Assembly (NCBI GenBank): GCA_031264075.1
Contig: JAISEO010000060.1
Location: 6,354-70,353 of the forward strand
DNA length: 64,000 nucleotides
Source of the DNA: Coriobacteriales bacterium
GTDB taxonomy: Bacteria > Actinomycetota > Coriobacteriia > Coriobacteriales > UBA8131
Direction of reading: 5' to 3'
This document shows positions 61,745 through 64,000 of the stretch, one piece after another. Numbering within the stretch: the first letter of the stretch is position 1; the number at the start of each line of letters is the position of its first letter. A model generated the notes under the pieces. That model was given only the letters and a program-made list of their open reading frames with translations, searched no databases and was not told the DNA's origin. A program made the position numbers and the translations under genes.

Positions 61745-63607
61745 TCAGAGGCTGGCAGCATGCTTTCCGGCAACACGGCCACTGGTCATGGCATGGCCCA
61801 TGTTATTGCCGGCCGAAGGACCGGTGTAGGAATTACCATAGCGCTGACCGGCGGTATTGCCCGTGGCATACAGACCCTTGATGACAGAACGACGATCTGC
61901 CGCCAGCACCTGGAAGTTGCCATCGGTGACCAGACCGGCAAGCGTATTCAGACCAGGGCCAAAGAGGCGGCTGGTGCCCTGCGGAAAGACATAGAAGGGA
62001 GCCTCATCCAGCGGAATCAGAACATCGGCGGGCTTGCCAAAGTCATCATCCACACCGGCTGCGCACACTTCGTTATAGCGTTTGACCGCCGCCACAGCCG
62101 TTGTGAGCTCGTCGCCGGAAAGGCCGGCATTCTGCATGGCCTCTTCTGGGGTGGCACCAATGTAGACGGTTGAGACGAACATCTCAGCCATCTCACTCTT
62201 ATTGGCGATTTCCAAACCGTGCACCGCTATCTCGGTGGCAGTGGTCGGGTCGGCTGTTTGCATGTCGGCATCGAACTTCTCCACGCCCTCTGGAAAGCCC
62301 CAGTTGGGAGCACCGTGATCAAGGCCGGCTCGTTGGACATACTGCATATACTTCTTGTCCAGAACCGCGAAGTTGCCAGCGATGCCGATCTCGGGCAGTG
62401 GGTCTGGCAGCGGTTGGCGAATGGACTGGGCCAGGATCAGCCCGGCAAAGGACTCATTCATGAAGCGCTCGCCGTGGCTGTTCAGGAATAATGCCGGAGT
62501 CGAACCCAAAGGCCCAAAGGAGATAGACGGTGCGTCGCCGGCCACCGGACGCGGATGGTCCTCTATGGCGCCGCCGACCCAGCAACCGATCTTGTGGCCG
62601 GAGCCATCGCAGTCGGTCATGCCCAGCAGGGTCTCCTTGGCAATGCCATAGCGATCGGCGTACTCGCCACACTCCGAACAGAGTTGATAGACCATCTCGT
62701 AGTTGGCACCAAAGTCGCCGGTGGAGAGGATGACGCCTTTGCTGGCGTTGAACAGCGTTATCTTGCCGTCAGCGTCTTCGGCATAGATACCGGTTACGGC
62801 TCCGCTTGCATCGGTTGCGCAGACCTGAGCGGTAAAGCCGCAGAACCAGGTGGCACCCAGGTCTTCGGCTGCCTCACGGGCATAGGTGCTCCACTCAGCC
62901 AGGCGCGAAATGCCGGTCTGCTCCGCCTTGCCTACCGGATTGGGATTCGTGGTACCAATGGTCTGGAGTGTCGAGGCCCACATCTTGTATCCGGCAATCT
63001 CCACAGGGTAATCAGAACCATCCGGTTTGTCATAGGCAATCTGCACGATGCATTCGCCGCCATCGCGATCCAACAGGTTCGAGCTTGCAGGGATGAGTGA
63101 GACCATGTTGTCCATCATCTCGCCGGAATTGTTCACGAAGGCTCGCACAACTTCCTGGTTGCAACGACCATTGGACCTGCGCACGTACTCATTGGTAATC
63201 TCATTCAGATCATAGGGCCCAAAACCCCAGCTCGCCAGAAGTTGAGAGTTATAGGAGCAGATGTCGTCGCCGCGGTAGACGATCTCGCCGTCGTTATGCT
63301 TTTCCACCACGGCCACTTTGGCGCCCAACTGAGCGGCAGCCAGTGCGGCCTGAGTGCCGGAATGTCCGCCGCCCACAACCACCACGTCAAAATCCTGTGT
63401 ATCGTCCGCGCTGGGCACAGTTGGGGCGCTGCCCAGCCAGTCCTCGCTGCAGATATACCCATCCGGACTATCGATTGCAACTACGGTGGAACCGCTGTCG
63501 GAAGACGCACTGCTGGTTTGCGGTGAACATCCCGTCAAGCCAAGAGTACCGGCGGCGGCTGCAGCGCTGGTCAGGGCCGCACCCTTCAGAAAACTTCTTC
63601 TATCCAT
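61745..63607 (-). CDS. Tat-exported FAD-dependent oxidoreductase (fumarate reductase / flavocytochrome-c flavoprotein family)
   Basis: Start at MDRRSFLKGAALTSAAAAAGTLGLTGC (ATG 63607; AAGGAG 6 nt upstream). FAD motif DVVVVGGGHSGTQAALAAAQLGAKVAVVEK. C-terminal GLYATGNTAG. Confidence 0.85.
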   Translation of the reverse strand: MDRRSFLKGAALTSAAAAAGTLGLTGCSPQTSSASSDSGSTVVAIDSPDGYICSEDWLGSAPTVPSADDTQDFDVVVVGGGHSGTQAALAAAQLGAKVAVVEKHNDGEIVYRGDDICSYNSQLLASWGFGPYDLNEITNEYVRRSNGRCNQEVVRAFVNNSGEMMDNMVSLIPASSNLLDRDGGECIVQIAYDKPDGSDYPVEIAGYKMWASTLQTIGTTNPNPVGKAEQTGISRLAEWSTYAREAAEDLGATWFCGFTAQVCATDASGAVTGIYAEDADGKITLFNASKGVILSTGDFGANYEMVYQLCSECGEYADRYGIAKETLLGMTDCDGSGHKIGCWVGGAIEDHPRPVAGDAPSISFGPLGSTPALFLNSHGERFMNESFAGLILAQSIRQPLPDPLPEIGIAGNFAVLDKKYMQYVQRAGLDHGAPNWGFPEGVEKFDADMQTADPTTATEIAVHGLEIANKSEMAEMFVSTVYIGATPEEAMQNAGLSGDELTTAVAAVKRYNEVCAAGVDDDFGKPADVLIPLDEAPFYVFPQGTSRLFGPGLNTLAGLVTDGNFQVLAADRRSVIKGLYATGNTAGQRYGNSYTGPSAGNNMGHAMTSGRVAGKHAASL

Positions 63608-63878
63608 TTCCATCTCCTTTTCCTGTCTTTGCATTATTGCTACATGGCTCCAGGCGGCACTGCATTATTGTGAGAGCAGCTTTCCCAAACGAGCCACGCC
63701 TTGTTGCAAGCATAGGGGGCAGGTGTTGAGAGGTCATCACATCAGACGACGATATTGGAGTTCTTGGGTCAGATGGCCTCGACGTTTTGAGGTATTTTTT
63801 GATTTGCCGCACCTATTCCGCCTCATATTCACCGCTTGTACCGCCAAAAACCTCTTCGTTTGCTATGCTTGAAACAGT

Positions 63879-64000
63879 ATGGAAAGCAGCAGATTCAGAG
63901 AAGAACTGTCCGCCTTATCTCCGCGAATAGTTGCGGGGCTGCCGCTTCTGCTTTCAACCCTGCTGTTCTACTCAGCTCCCAACACCCTTTTTGTAGCCTC
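63879..64000 (+). CDS. Possible 5' end of a divergently transcribed gene (hydrophobic N-terminus), running out of the window
   Basis: ATG 63879 opens a frame with no stop to the window end (MESSRFREELSALSPRIVAGLPLLLSTLLFYSAPNTLFVA). Only 40 codons are visible. Confidence 0.25.
   Translation, partial: MESSRFREELSALSPRIVAGLPLLLSTLLFYSAPNTLFVA

Noticed and set aside
61480-61881. 133-aa plus-strand ORF after the membrane protein gene
   Set aside because: It spans the terminator hairpin and runs antisense into the 3' end of the flavoprotein gene. It has no SD and no motif.
1-64000. CRISPR arrays, rRNA or tRNA genes, IS transposases, integrases other than xerC
   Set aside because: No regularly spaced direct repeats were found. 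No tRNA T-arm (GGTTCGAAT/GGTTCAAAT-like) contexts were seen, and no transposase-like ORFs in the track. This is a visual scan only, so small tRNAs could have been missed.

Overview
High-GC chromosome segment. Sampled 60-nt lines give about 58-65% G+C in the core and about 40-43% in one island. The gene content suggests a Coriobacteriia/Eggerthellaceae-like actinobacterium: Tat-exported molybdopterin reductases, a polytopic-membrane LuxR regulator and a Tat flavoprotein reductase. That assignment is inference, not proof. Layout: (i) 0-7.4 kb holds a molybdopterin oxidoreductase AB pair, two toxin-antitoxin (TA) modules, an NrfD-type anchor, an SPFH protein and a GntR regulator. (ii) 7.9-25.5 kb holds ilvBN, two divergent orphan prepilin-like genes around a G12 tract, vapBC, a dGTPase-like gene, serC-like/serA, menA/menG, a trpB2 with a Trp T-box leader, phd/relE and an FMN GltS-like enzyme. 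(iii) 25.7-41.3 kb is an all-plus-strand housekeeping block: rplS, rnhB, yraN, comM, dprA, trmFO, xerC, rpmF, plsX, rnc, smc, ftsY, ffh. (iv) 41.3-64 kb is an accessory block. It starts with a membrane LuxR regulator, a hypothetical protein, a ~1060-aa Tat molybdoenzyme with FeS, anchor, TorD-like and NapGH-like partners, and an MFS transporter. It continues with the most interesting locus at 52.8-57.9 kb: two BrxD/DUF2791-like P-loop ATPases and an unknown 260-aa protein, divergent from an SF2 helicase. This is a candidate defence system resembling Shango or the BREX type 2 accessory module, but without a recognisable TerB or Pgl partner. A low-GC island follows (57.9-61.7 kb) with an AbiE-like pair, a decayed second AbiE copy and an unknown membrane protein, then a Tat flavoprotein reductase. 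No rRNA, tRNA or CRISPR array was seen. All family calls rest on motif recognition by eye; no searches were run.
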